Source: Lama glama (taxonomy: Eukaryota). Taken from it: a stretch of DNA of 64,000 bases. Below are positions 38,262 to 51,410 of this stretch, in pieces; the first letter of the stretch is position 1, and every line of letters begins with the position of its first letter. The notes under the pieces are model-generated. The model saw nothing but the letters and a program-made list of their open reading frames with translations. It was not told where the DNA came from and ran no database searches. Location of the stretch: assembly GCA_028534125.1 (NCBI GenBank), contig CM052817.1, positions 32,862,001 through 32,926,000 on the forward strand, in the 5' to 3' direction. A program made the translations under genes and the position numbers.

Positions 38262-40171
38262 ATTCTCCTGACCCCCACAGCAATGCAGAGTGTGGCTCCT
38301 GCCAAGAACAAATTAGGCTGTCGGCCTCCATTACTCTTCCCAATCAAGCAAACCTCCTCGTATGAGGAAGGAACAGGGTGAGCATCTGGGACAAAAACTC
38401 AGCCCGAGACAAGGAGACGATAAGGCTGCATTCCAGGGCTTCTACTGGAAAAGCGACTCATGGGAAGCATAATCAGATCATTTTTCAAAACCCAGCTTGA
38501 GCGCTTGGTTGCATCTGTCTATCCAAGAAACTCAGAACAGCAGTGTCACCAGACATATTTCAGGGTCACACCTTTATCCTGCTTCAGGGGCATGTGTGAC
38601 TGTAGGCCAGCTATGGGGACCAGGACCTTCTTCCCCCAGACCAAGGACGCCTTGGTCCATGCTGCAGTGCTGGACCTATCATATCTAGGAGTGTGTCCCT
38701 CTGCGCTCACTCTGGAGCCTTCCTCATGGGTCCTGCCCTGTGTACTGCAAGTTGTTATTGTTGGCGCCATATTGGTGGTGCCATAGTTTTTGAAGGTGGC
38801 TCCAGGCTCCCCTCTTCCCACTCACCCCCCAAGGGCTGTTGAGAGTTAGGTCAAGGCATAAAAGAGCTTCAGAATACACAGGTGGGCCCTGGTGGTAGGG
38901 GCAATAGGAATTTTTTGTGGCAGGAATAAAAAGGTGAAAAGCCTTTTGTGGTATGTTCTCCTGTCTATCCCGGGAACAGGTGTGGAGAGACTAGCCTCCT
39001 GCTTACATGGGGCCCACGTGGAGTAGAAATAGGGGAAGGAGCCCTGGAGTAGACAACAAAGGCAGACATACCAGTCTAGCTGCAGTGAGAGACTCTCTGA
39101 GACGCTTTTTCATTTTCCCCTTGGCCTTGGGAATGGCAAAGGGTCAAAGAGGCCAACCCCAGAGCTCAGGCCTGGGGAAAAGAGGCCCCTTCACCTCCCT
39201 GGGAAACAGGCCTTAAGCAAAAAGAGACCCAGAGGTTCCTGTGATGCAACCAGTATAGACAGTCAGGTAAGGAATTACTGCCAAAGCTCAACTATTTCGG
39301 GAGAGAGTCTTTGCCCAGAAGGTTTTCCATGCCTGGATCCCTGGCAGCTCTTAGATTCTGGGATTTGGGATGCTGGTAAATTCTCTTTTCAAAAGAGGCA
39401 TTATTGAAAGTTAATTTTGTGCCTTGGCCTGACTGTTAACCAAAAGTAGTAACAATATTATTATCCTTGTATTCTTCCTTCTTAGATGATCTAATTCTTT
39501 CAAACACCTGGTAGAATATTGGTATAAATCCACAGGACTTTTGAGCTGATGAAACCTAACCCCTTCATTTTTCAGATGAATAAATTAGGATCCAGAGAGA
39601 CTGTTTATCCAGCCAGGTCACACTGCTAGTTGGTAGAGAAACTGGGACTAGAGCACGAGGAAAGCTACTGTTACTAGCGAGGGCTAGGATCATCAGAAAA
39701 CATTTAACACGGGAGAGAGAAAATCTCAGCAGTCATTCATCAGATGTTTGGGCCTACTGTATGCCACGCACTGTGGGGCCGCAGTGTGGAGTAAGGCAGA
39801 CAGGCCTAAGGTCTCACAGGGGATGTAAAGTACTGTAATGTCAGCAAACAATGGGAAAATGGAAGCCAGGCTAGTTTTATTTCAGGACAAAAAAAACCCA
39901 AAAAAACACAACTTATCTGTGGGGTGTCCCTCTGAGCACTTAATGTCATGAGAAAGTTGTAGTTACCATGGCTAAAATCACACTCAGCTACTAAAGTCTC
40001 TCAGTGATAAGAGATTAAATCCCCTTTATTCATTCTCAAATGCATATTCCCATATTCATGAAAATGAAAGGGAATGTTAATTTCAAAAGCACTATCTCAG
40101 CTTTCCTAGTGCCACCCCCTCATCCGCAGCCAACGAGATAACCAGGTGTGGACCCACCCTCCTTCAGTCAG

Positions 40172-41082
40172 TCTTATGGGTGCTCTGAGACCCAGTTTCC
40201 AACATGGGGGAGGGGCCTCCCCATAGCAACCAACAATTCTTGGACACCAGCTGGGTGTCCTACAATTCAACTCAGTTCTGACTCTATCTACCTGGAGATG
40301 GCATCAGATCCCACAGGTTGAGGGTTCAGTACTACAAGACTGCCCCCCTTCCCCTTCAGACACCACACACTTCAGGCTATTGTTACCTGTGCTTCTGGCA
40401 AACCCGCTACAGACTGGAGGTTCCAATGCGCCCCTACTTGGACTTCAGACTCTAGTCGCCAGTCTAGGGTGTTACCTGTACTTCTGACCAACTGGCTATA
40501 AATCAGAGGTTCCCATGACCTACTCGTTGGGTTTGATTAAGTTGCTAGAGAGGTTCACAGGACTCAGATAAATATTTTACTTACTAGATTACTGGTTTAT
40601 TACAAAAGGAAGTAACGCAGGAATAGCAGATGGAAGAAGTACATAGCCTAAGGTATAGGGGAAAGGGTGGGGAATGTCTGTATCCTCTCCAGGAGTACCA
40701 CTCTCTCAGTACCTCCACGTGTTTACCAACCCAGAAGTCCTCTAAACCCCATCCTGGTGGGTTTTTATGGAGGCTTTATTACATAGTCTTGATTGATTAA
40801 ATAAATCATTGGCCATCAGTAATTGATTCAACTTCCAGCCCCTCTCCCCTTCAGAGGTTGCAGGGTAGGACTGAAATTTCCAACCCACTAATCACTTGGT
40901 TGGCTCCCTGTCTACCAGTCCCTATCCTTGCGTCGGGTCCAAAAGTCACCCCATTAACATAACAAAAGATGCCTTTGTGGTTCTTACCACTTAAGAAATT
41001 CCAAGGGAGTTAGGAACTCTGTGCCAGAAATGGGGCTGAAGGGCAAATCTATATACTTGTTATTATAAATCACAGTATCACA
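40172..41082 (-). mobile_element. MER21-like (ERVL-class) solo LTR, ~911 bp
   Basis: Minus strand begins TGTGATACTGTGATTTATAATAACAAG...CTGGCACAGAGTTCCTAACTCCCTTGGAATTTC as in MER21; 5-bp TSD GTCAG at 40167-40171 and 41083-41087; minus-strand AATAAA at 40596-40601. Confidence 0.85.
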
Positions 41083-44049
41083 GTCAGGAATTCCTTTCTG
41101 GCTGGATTCCACAAAAAGGAGACAGATGCTCAATCATTGCTGATACAGAGCAACGCAGTCTCAAATGTACTGGGCATTTATCTTTGATTCTGTAATAAAT
41201 GAAAATCTAGAGTGATGTTTCAAAATACTATTTGAAATGTCTTTGAGTAGTAATAATAATGACATGGGATGCTATTAAATACTTTTTAGCCTAAACACAT
41301 TCCAGGCATTGTAACCCATTTCAACAGTCCGAACCATAGGGCTGAAGCACGTCCTCATCTTGGGCAAAAATCACCTTATCCTCTTCTGTAAATTCAACCA
41401 TATATATACCTTCTACATCTCCCTTCTGAAGTTTAATTTGAGGATAGCTTGAATTAGCAACAAAGGGGTAATAATCATGAAATCAATTTTTTAAGAACTG
41501 AATGATTATTGCTTTCAAAGGGTAAGATGACCCTTTGGAGCTGACAAAATCCTTGAGGACCTGCTTTAATGAATTAACAGACAACATTAATCAGCATCTC
41601 AATGCCTGTGCCCTATATCCTTGTTTACATTATTTTAATTGTTTTGAACACCTTATTTCAAAGAACAAAGAAAAATTTAGTCCTTTACTAGTAATGAATT
41701 ACTACAATTCCAAAATTAATAGAGTATGAGTTAATTTGTTTGTACTTCATTTAATAATTCTCATCAGTTGTAGGATAATTCTATTCCTCCTGGCCAGAGA
41801 CAGAGCATTACCACAGTGGCCAGGAAGCGGGAGGTGACGCCAGTCTGAAGGAACTGAGGGAGGTCTGCTCGTGAGAAGGGGCCTTTAGTTTTCTTTGTTT
41901 TGGTTTCAACCTTGATGAAATATTTGTAAGAACAAATAGAACTAAGACTTACATTCTGTACTTGGCACAGCTGCCTTCCTATACAGACGTGTGTGTGATG
42001 GTCACAAAACACTTTTCTCTCTGGACCGTGGAGGAACACTGTGTTATAATGTGGAAGAGGCCACGTTGCCCCTGCCTGCCCCTACTGCGTGCTGCAACAC
42101 CGTGCTCTGTCCTACTCAGAGGGAAGGGGGTAAGCCTCGGGTGAACTCTAGTGCCTGACTGAAGCCCGTTGTGGTCGGCCCCTTGCTCACCCACAAAGCT
42201 TTACTCCTCACAGCTCTCTAATTGCATTCAAGTCAAGGCCAGTTCCGAACTTTCTTCCCTCAAAGGGCCTTTGCCTATGCTATTCCTGCTACCCAGAACA
42301 TTCTTTTCTCTGTCCTCTTCAGCTGCCTAATTCCTACGCATCCATCGAGTTCTGTTTCGATGTCATCTCTTCCAGGAAGCTTTCTATGGACACAAGATCT
42401 TATTAAGTTTTGAACACAGCTGAGCCACTGAAAAGATCTTAATCTGAGTTTGTACCAACTGCTCCCACACACATTGTGCTAAACAACCACATTGTTAATG
42501 GTGTGCTACCTCGACCACCAGTCACTGGTTTTGACTCACTCCAGAGAAGCCCAAAGATGTGCGAGGGCTATGTGGCAAACCAGGCACCATGATTTCTCTC
42601 CAGAGGAGGAGGGACATTTTGCAGTGCCTGCAAATGTCTGACAGAGTGGAACGCATGTTTATTTTTTTAAAGTTCGGCATACTCAGATGATAGGAAAATT
42701 AAAAATCCTCCCTCTCTCTCTGCAAGGAAAGTCATACTTTGCAGAAGGTGCTGGCTGAGAACAGCTGCTTTATATGTCTTCATTTATTCCCCTCATCCCA
42801 GTTGTTAGGCAGATCCCCTCATCTGTTGTACCTGGCTTTCCCCTGTGCAAATCAAAGCACGCTGATGCCAAAGACTCCAGGAGAAATTTTATGATGAACC
42901 TGGCATTTGGATACTAAGGGGAGCACTGAGGTAATACCAGTTTTTGCTTCTAAGCCCCTCACATGTATAGCAAAAGGGAAATTTATCTTACCTAAGTCAT
43001 CAGGAATACAGTGACCTCTGAATTTATTATGTTGCCGTCTAAAATCAGAAGAGCCTCCGTTGCATATTCTTGTCCTTTTGACTTTCTGCCTTAGGTGTCA
43101 TGTCTGCTCCTACAATATTGCTCTTGGGTTACCTATGACTTCTTTGAAGTCATCTAAGAGAATACCATGGGCTAAAAAGGAGTCAAAGAAGAGGCCAGAA
43201 GAGGGTCACAGCTGGAAGACTTACTAGGCAGTCAGGTGACAGACATGTGAGTTCTGTCAGAGCTCACAGATTGTTGCCTCTCATACCTAAAAAAATCCAA
43301 CAGTTTCATACACATGAAATGGGGATGTCCATCCTCTCTTGAAAAATGAGATCGTGCAGCATCAGGCCAACCTTCCAGTTCAGCAACTGCCGGCTGGAGC
43401 TGAGTGGAAGTGGCTCCCATAGCAGGGACACAGCCCCCGATTATCCACGTTTCCCAGTCACACCACCTGTGTGGCTGCTAAGAAATCTGAGTGACCCTGT
43501 CCCACTGGAGGATAGGTTAGAAGCCCAGCTGGACTGTGCACGGAGGGGAAGGGGAACCAAAATGGAATCCTGAGTCTTGGAAGTTCCAGGAGCATCACAA
43601 ACATCACAACACCCAGGATCCTGGCCCATCTTCCCGGCCAGGCTGCTGCCTCTGCTTCTGGCCGTCAGCGGCCTTTGAGCAGTGCTGGCAGATTCATGCT
43701 GGTGGGGAAACGAAGGGTCGCTTCATGGGAAAGGCAACTGGTTGTAGCAGGACCCTTATACTAACATAGGAACCACTAACATAGGTTTGCTGAGCAATAT
43801 ATATCTCCTCATGTCCTAAAATAGGCAAAAAATATGCATGTGGAATCATATTCTCACTGTCTTTACATTGGCAAGATTGGGGCAATAGCTCTAAGATTTA
43901 ATAGAACTGCACACAGAGTGAAAGAGAATTCTAGATCCTGTCCATGAAGAGGTAATGTTTTCCCTTGAGTTGCATGCTGAAGGTGCTAAAAATCAAAGTG
44001 CAGAAGTGCTAAAAAGAAGAGTTAAGTAGGACTTAAGAATCTAATCAGG

Positions 44050-44490
44050 CCAAGAATCTAGTTCAAAATCTTCAGCAGCTCCACGCTGCTTCCAAAATAA
44101 ACCTCTCACTCTGACATACAAGGCCTTTTGTGACTGTCACGCCTCCTGTCACACACACACACACACACACACACACAGGGGTACACGTTCTGAGCACACC
44201 TAGCAAACTGTAGTGCCCCGAACATGAATATGCGGCGTCCTCCACCTACTTGGCTCCCCGTCCACCTGGAGCACTGGACCCCATCCTCAGACTGCGCTCC
44301 TCCAGGAGACTGTCCCTGACCTCACAGCCAGCAGGTGATGCTGGGCCCCCAGGGCACTTTGTTGACTTCCTGCTCTGGCCTTTGACCCGCTGAGGACAGG
44401 GCTGTGCTCTCATCTTCTTAAACGCCCAGGGCTTGACATCCTGTTTAGCCCATAGTGGGAATTTAATACTTCTTTGTGTGTGAATAAACT
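44050..44490 (+). mobile_element. L2 3' fragment containing a (CA)n microsatellite at ~44149-44177
   Basis: caaaatcttcagcagctccacgctgc...ctgacatacaaggcc...cctccaggagactgtccctgacc...gaggacagggctgtgctc. Confidence 0.65.
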
Positions 44491-45009
44491 TTGCAGTACA
44501 TTAAGGTCCCAGGAACAATAGAAAAGGGAAAGGTGAAAATAATTCTCCATCCTTTATTTCCTGTGCCCATGAACGGACTGCAACTTCTAAACTGCATTTC
44601 AACCCCAAGGCTGAAGTTGTCCAACAAGCTACACTGCATCAGTTTAAAACACTATAAAAAAGAATCTTCAGGTAGTTTATACTAATTTTCCCATGTGTTG
44701 AACAAACACAATTCCAACTGTCTGCATACTGAGTAACTATACTATAGTGTCACAGACATACATAGTATGAGAGAAAAAACACATAGCAGAACACACTTCC
44801 TGCCTCCTTAGTTGACAGGTGAGGAAACTAAAGCCTCAAGAACCTGTCCAAGGTCACGTGGCTGGTTGATGGCAGAACTGAGACTAGAATCGAGCCCATC
44901 TAATGTTGATCTAGAAGGTTCTACAATTCTCCTAGAATTACACTCATTAATTAAGAACAAGGCATTAAGTGTTACAGTAAATGCTATGACATGGCTCCTT
45001 TCTTTGTAA

Positions 45010-45042
45010 ACACACACACACACACACACATACACACACACA
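45010..45042. repeat. (CA)n microsatellite
   Basis: CA run with one TA interruption. Confidence 0.95.
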
Positions 45043-45741
45043 AACCAGCACTTGTGATAAAATACTCCTCAAATATAATCTTGCAGAAGCTAACTGTGGT
45101 GTGTAGCATGGTGTGTCTTCCTTCTCGATGATCAAGTCTGCTAAAGAGTTGTTTAGTGTTCAGGCTCTTTTTGGGGAGGACACACGTGGTAGCCGTGGAG
45201 AACCGTGGCTGTCTCCCTCAAAGGGCTGCTCTCTGGTGATCATTTATGTGTGTAAATTGTTGTCGTTTCCACCAAGACAGTCAAAAGAGCGCACAGAGGA
45301 ACAGGAATCCACCCTAATCACTCTGATGAGTTTACATGAAGGACAGCCTACTTTCCTGCCTTTTACTGAATTGTTTTTCCACCATTTTATTCCTCTTGCT
45401 CTGTTTAGTTGGCTTAATTAGGTGGTTTGCCTGATTTGCAATGGAGAAAAAAGATGAAAAACTGACTTTTACTGACTTGCAAAAGAGGTTTCTACTCTGC
45501 TGCTCTAGGACCTTGTTCATCTGTATTACAGTAACTAAAACAAACTACTTTTCCAGATGATGAGTAAACTAGTGAAGTTGTTATTTTAGTAACCTAATCT
45601 TTTGATAGAGAAACAGTTATATAAGACACTACAAAAAGCTGAAATGTAATTAAAACTTGAACACCCAAAATTGACTTTAAATTCACATGTATTTATGTAT
45701 TTAGAAATATGTGTATATAGTTCTATTCATAGAGGGAAGAG

Positions 45742-46095
45742 AGCTAACATTTATTGAGCACCACGTATTGAGCTAGATAATTTACATACACTGTTTGACT
45801 TAATCTTCATAGTAAATTTGAGGGTGGGTGGGTAGAGCTCAGTGGTAGAATGCATGCTTAGCATGCAGAAGGTCCTAGGTTCAATCCCCAGTACCTCCAC
45901 TAAAAAAAAATAAATAAATAAAATATAAATAAACAAATTAATAAATCTATGAGAAATTCATTATTATGCCATTTTACAGATGAGGAAACTGAGGGTCTAA
46001 GAGTTTTGTAACTGGCCCAAGTTCACCTAAGTAGTGAGCTGTAAAGGTAAGATTGAATCTAAGGGGACTAACTCTGAAGCCCATGTTCTCTCCAG
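45742..46095 (-). mobile_element. MIR SINE interrupted by SINE copy 5
   Basis: gctaacatttattgagcacc...ttaatcttcatag, then after the insert ccattttacagatgaggaaactgagg...aactggcccaagttcac. Confidence 0.8.
45821..45945 (+). mobile_element. tRNA-derived SINE (vic-1-like), copy 5
   Basis: ggtagagctcagtggtagaatgcatgcttagcatgcagaaggtcctaggttcaatccccagtacctcca with an (AAAT)n tail; A and B boxes intact. Confidence 0.9.
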
Positions 46096-46875
46096 GATAT
46101 GCCAGAAAGTAGTCTTGCAGTTAATGAGATCATGGGATAACCTGATAGCTCAGTCATGGGTGTCAAGAAGGGAAGAAGTGGAAGAGGAGGCCTCAGGGCA
46201 GGGTGGGCACCAAGACAGGCCATTTGTGAGGTTTCCCTGGTTAAGGGCAAGATGGGGAGGAGTTTGAGGGTAGAATAACAAAGAATTATCACTGCTCCCT
46301 TTCTCTGCATAAAAGCTTTAGGTGGTACATAGCTGGATTTCCCCATCAAGCAGGGAGCCAGAGGAAAGGACATGACAGAGAAGGTGGATTTGCCTCCTGG
46401 GCTTAGAAAGCCTGGAAGGGATGTGACAACTGGACAGCATCAGCACTGCTTGTGTGACAGAGCGCCAGGCAGTGTGGCTTTCCTCCTGTTCATAGCAGCA
46501 GCCACTATGACAGTCACTATCATCACCATCAGTGATCTTGCCTTTCTTCAGCATCTGATTCAATCCAACTGACATTTCTAGAGCACTTTCTATGACCTCA
46601 ATATGGCTCCAGATAATGAGTCTAAGTGTATAGACAAAGGAAAGACAGTCCTTGCCTCTGGTCTTAAAGATCTGTAAACAAATGCATAAATAATAGGTCC
46701 CTCCTATATCCTAATCTCTACAAAAACAGAGATCTTGTGCCTCCACCCCTCCCTCCCTCCCGCATCCCTTCTTCCTCTCCTTCACATCACCTGCGAGGCA
46801 TTGCTTTTGATGCTGGGAGGACAGTGGTAAACAAAAGAGAAAGTTCTCTGTCCTTCAGAGGCATATGTTCTAGAG

Positions 46876-47088
46876 CTGTGCTGTTCACTACACTAGTCAT
46901 CAGTTACATTTAATTATTTAAATGTAAATATAAAGGAGTGAAATCACACATTTAGCTCCTCAGTTGCACTTGCTCCACTTCGAGTGCTCCATAGCCACGT
47001 GTGGACAGCATCTACCGTGGTGGACAGTACAGACAGTACAGATACAGAACATTTCCATCATCACTGGAAATTGTATTAGACAACACTG
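46876..47088 (-). mobile_element. MER3-like hAT-Charlie DNA transposon
   Basis: ...cagaacatttccatcatcactggaaattgtattagacaacactg is antisense MER3; TSD TTCTAGAG (46868-46875) / TTCTGGAG (47089-47096). Confidence 0.85.
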
Positions 47089-47393
47089 TTCTGGAGCCTG
47101 ACTTGTGATTAGATCTTCAGAGTCTAGCGCTGTGCTGAACATACAGTGGGCCCTATTAAATAGTCACCAAATGTTAAAGTAGTGTAATAAGTACAATAAT
47201 GAAAGTACACAATAAAGGTATGTCCCAGCACAGAAGTAGCACAGAGGACCAAATATTTTACGTAACAGGATGGGGGTAAGGGAATACCTCCCAGAGGAGA
47301 CAGGAATTGGTGATAGGATTTGAAATATATTAAAAGTTTTTATATACACTTGCTCAACAAAGGCAGCTTGCTACCCAAGTTAAATTACAACTT

Positions 47394-47582
47394 AAAAAAA
47401 TTTCTTTTTCTTTTAATTATTTTTTGGGGGTGGGTAATTAGGTTTATTTGTTTATGTGTATATGTGTGTGTATATATATATATATATTTTTTTCTTTTTT
47501 TAAATGGAGGTACTGGGGCTTGAATCCAGGACCTTATGCATGCTAAGCACGTGCTCTACCACCGAACTGTCATTTAGTTCCC
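47394..47582 (-). mobile_element. tRNA-derived SINE (vic-1-like), copy 6, long-tail form
   Basis: gggtaattaggtttatttg...aatggaggtactggggcttgaatccaggacc; TSD TAAATTACAACTT (47381-47393) / TAAATGACAACTT (47583-47595). Confidence 0.88.
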
Positions 47583-48199
47583 TAAATGACAACTTTAACG
47601 ATGGCACTGGTCCTCTGCTCCTTGGACGGGGTAGGCTGCGATGTGGGGGAGGCGGGGAATGGCACAACAACAGCCTTCAGACTCTGGAGGAATTCTCATT
47701 AGGAGGAAGTAAACGAAAAGCTTGCCCTCCTTATTTTAGGAAATAAACAGTCTGTAATAAATGCCTGAAATAGTGCTGCTTCTTAAGTATTACTATGCTC
47801 TTCAAAATGAATGCTCTACGAGGCCTTCCTTTTAATCAGCCAATATGCTAGTCAGAGCCTTCCATAAAAAGAAGCAGTACTTAGGTGTCCATCCCTGAGC
47901 CACAAAGGAAACAGAATAACAACATACACACGACATGTGGTCAGTGATGGAGACCTCTGGGGTCTGATTCAGGCTCACTCTTGTCTGGAGCTGTCCAATC
48001 CAGTGGGTGTCTCAGCTCCAGAAGGCTGGAGAGCGTGGAAAGAAGACATAAAGAGGCCATGCACAGGCCAGGTCGGGCTGCCTTCAGTCACCGACATCTG
48101 CTTGCCAGAGAAGTATGACGCCTACCTGGTTCTACCTTGTATAAAGGTGACCTTGTGGCTCGGCAGAAACCCACTGTCATTGTCATCAAAATATGTCCT

Positions 48200-48380
48200 A
48201 TAACTGACACTAATTTACCCTCATTACATGCCAGGCATTGTTTACAATTCATTTAGTTCCTAAAACCCTACAAGATGGGTAGCATTATGATTCCTTTTGA
48301 CAGACGAAGGAACTAAGGCACAGAGAGGTTAAGTAACTTGCCCAAGGTCACACAACTAACTAGTAAGTGGTAGAGTTGGA
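48200..48380 (-). mobile_element. MIR SINE
   Basis: gacagacgaaggaactaaggcacagagaggttaagtaacttgcccaaggtcacac. Confidence 0.85.
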
Positions 48381-50529
48381 AGTTGAGAGCACTGATCGTA
48401 TGCCAAGTGTGGTTGGGGACAGACAGACAGGCCGAAAGGGGGCACAGAATGGCAGGAAGGTTCAACCCTTGCTTATACTGTTGGGGACAGCCTAGAAACT
48501 TTCCAGGGTGATTCCCCTGCCTAAATCCCCAAGGACAGGAAATGCACCACCGGGAATGAGGCGGGTAGAGTCAGGGAAACTGCTCACCATCAGGAAGTAT
48601 TTTTAAGTCTTATACATCCATTTTTTTTCCTGTTGAAAACTCACCACTCTTGGGAGAGATGGGGATTTCTATTCAACTTTGGTCATGACTGCACTCCCTA
48701 AATCCATGGAGGCCAAGGCAAGAGATTTTGCCGAGATCTGCAAATTCTGTACTTTTCCATGAAGTCCCAAGCGGTGTGAATAAGAGTGACCCATCATAGC
48801 TGATCTCTACTGGCAGGAAAGCCCCTGGCTCGCCTGATGGAGGTCAGGTATCTGACTCTACTCAGCTGGGACCTGGAGCCCCAAGCCTTGGCCAATGCTG
48901 CACCCTCAACCACTTTTTCCAGCTCACAAGGAGGAGTTTGTGAGCACCCCACCCCCTTCACCCCCCTCACCCCTACCAACGCACATTAAACAGAAGAGGC
49001 AGCTGCAGGCACCAGAGCCTCCTCATAGTCCTTCATCAGTAGGTGTGTCAATTACTCTATTACAATCCACCAGCCCTCTGTCTAAGGAAAGATGATTCAT
49101 TTTCTTAAATTGGCATCAATTTCTTGAAGTCCTTTTGTCTCATAAAGAAGAGTCAAAGTATACTAAGATGGAATAATAAAACCTGCAATCAAAGAGATGT
49201 GAAGGGTATCACGTTGGGAAAAACAAAGACTTACTTATGTGCTCTTAACATGGCTGAAGCAAGCTTCTTAGCTTGTGCTTTATAGTAGCACCCAGGTTCT
49301 GCTGAAATTGTCTGCATTTAATGTGCATTCACAAATGTAAAAGGCATCATCCCCAACAGGGCATTCTGCTGTGATCTCCATAGGGACGATGGCCACACGG
49401 CCTTGGATCATGCCCTTCCCCCGACTGCGGGAGAAAAGAGGAAGAAGAGGGGGCCCGGAGCTGTGTGTGCCCCTAGCAAAACCTTTCCCTCCCCTACCCT
49501 CGCCTTTCCTTCAACACCCATGGCCCCACCACCACAACAGCCTTGGAGACCCCTAGGACTAACCCCAACAGATCCTGCACCCTCTTTTCATATCTGCCAC
49601 CCAAGGTTCCCAGTCATTCCTCATCACTCTTGTTCCCAGTATGGCTCTGCACAGCCCTACTCTGCCTCCATTTCCCTGCCCAACTTCCAAACGTCTGTGC
49701 CTTCTGGAACTCATGTCCATTCAGCAACAAGTTCCTCCGTAGTTTCAACTTCTGCTCTGAAACCCCCCTTCACCTTCTCGCTCCACCTCAGGGCAGGCTC
49801 TCCCCTCTCCTACAACCCTCTTGAGCGGTGACTGTTTTCTCTACAGACCTCACAGCAGTGGGCCTGGAGGTGACGCAGACCCTCCTCTCGCTGGGACCAG
49901 TAGCAACACCGCCCACAGCAGCTATGTTTTAGGAATCGGATAGATTTTTGTGAGGCTTTACAGGTAAACTGTTGTAAGGGATTAAACCCAACCCAAGTGC
50001 AAGGATGCCTCCCATGTCTGCACCGAGTTTCCAAAGTCACCTTACTTAGTTAACTCAGTGAACGTGAGCAAGTCGTTTTCTTCCAATCCACAGGTGTTTC
50101 TCAGGTACCACCCACTGTGAGCGAGGGGTGAGAGGAGTGTACAGTATGTACTCCACCCTCCTCAAACCTTATCTAGCTGCTTAACAGGAGTTCATGTGGG
50201 AAATAACCGAAGGCATGGGGATGGTTTCTAAAAGGCTACACATAAAAATCACTCATTCTGGAGTCCCAGACCCAAAGCTCCAAAGGATGGGAAAGAGCAG
50301 GAATGCAGGCCCAGGCTGAGCAGAAACCCTCACGAGCTGGAGAGCCACTCACACCTGAACACGGCAGCCCCTTCTTACCTCTGGCCCATGGTTGCCATGG
50401 CCTCTGGGTCCCAATAGCCAGATAGTCCATTTTTTCCAAGAGGCACTAGAAATGTAGATTGTCACGTGAAGTCTGAATTTTAAATGATAATTAGTATTCA
50501 AAAACTTAAAAAAATACTTGCGAGAGGTG

Positions 50530-50725
50530 GCTTACTGTAGTGTTAAGAGCATGGATTCTGGAGCTAGACTGCTTAGGTTCAAATTCTAGCTCAGAAGTTA
50601 CAGTTGGTATGTCCTGGGGCAAGCTACCTAACTTCTCTGCATCAGCGTCTGTGTTTGTAAAATGGAGATAATAAGAGTCCCCACCTGCTAATTCTACAAT
50701 CTGCTTCATAGTGCCTGGAAGCACT
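50530..50725 (+). mobile_element. MIR SINE
   Basis: gtgttaagagcatggattctggagctagactgcttaggttcaaattctagctc...gggcaagctacctaacttctctg...tgtaaaatggagataataa. Confidence 0.85.
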
Positions 50726-51046
50726 CTGTCAAAGTCTGATAAGTAGTGAGCAGTAGCCAGTCAGGTTGCCAACTGGAAACCCTCACTCATTAGCCCCCTT
50801 CCCGCACCCCGACAAGACTTCAGCTCTGAGCACGAAGAGCATCAGTCTCAGAGCAGTTAGGTCGGCACAAGAGAGTGTTTTTAGGTGCTGCTGAGTGGGG
50901 CAGGGTGTAAGGGCTAGGAGATCTCAAGAAGAGATTCATGTGGAATGGAGAAGTTTCCTGAAGAAGGCAAACCTGAGCTGGGCTATACTGAACAGTGGTG
51001 CTATTGGCGAGACAGCAAAAAAAGACAGAAGGTTATAGGAGGGTGG

Positions 51047-51410
51047 GTACGTTAGTCAGAGTCTGCAGGAAATAGACGACACACTCAATTGGGTAATTTG
51101 GGGGAGAGTTTAATAAAAGGGCTATTTACTAAGATGTGGGCGGGGCTTAGAAAAACTAACAAATGGAGGTGGAGGACTCTGGGGCTAGTAACAACAGAGG
51201 CCACGCGCAGGTCTGAAGAGGAAGGGAAGGAAGCAGTGCCCAGACCTCCTACAACCTCCAGCTGGTGCCTCTCCATTAGCCAATCCCGGCCAGAAGCCAC
51301 AGGGCAAGGGAGCCCGTGGGTGCAGTCCACACAGGATGACCTTTCCCTTCCCACCCCCGACATGAAGGAGGGTAGAGAGGAGTGGGCAGTGGAAAAAGCC
51401 CGGCACAATG
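51047..51410 (-). mobile_element. Old ERVL-class LTR (LTR33/LTR16-like)
   Basis: ttagtcagagtctgcaggaaatagacgacacactcaattgggtaatttgggggagagtttaataaaagggctatttac...ggccagaagccacagggcaagggagccc resembles recalled antisense ERVL LTRs; subfamily uncertain. Confidence 0.6.

Noticed and set aside
37681..38365. ORFs of ~200 aa spanning the second gap
   Set aside because: Artefacts of the 500-N run.
45821..45900. tRNA gene
   Set aside because: A and B boxes are present, but it has an A-rich tail, sits inside a MIR and is one of eight diverged copies; it is a SINE.
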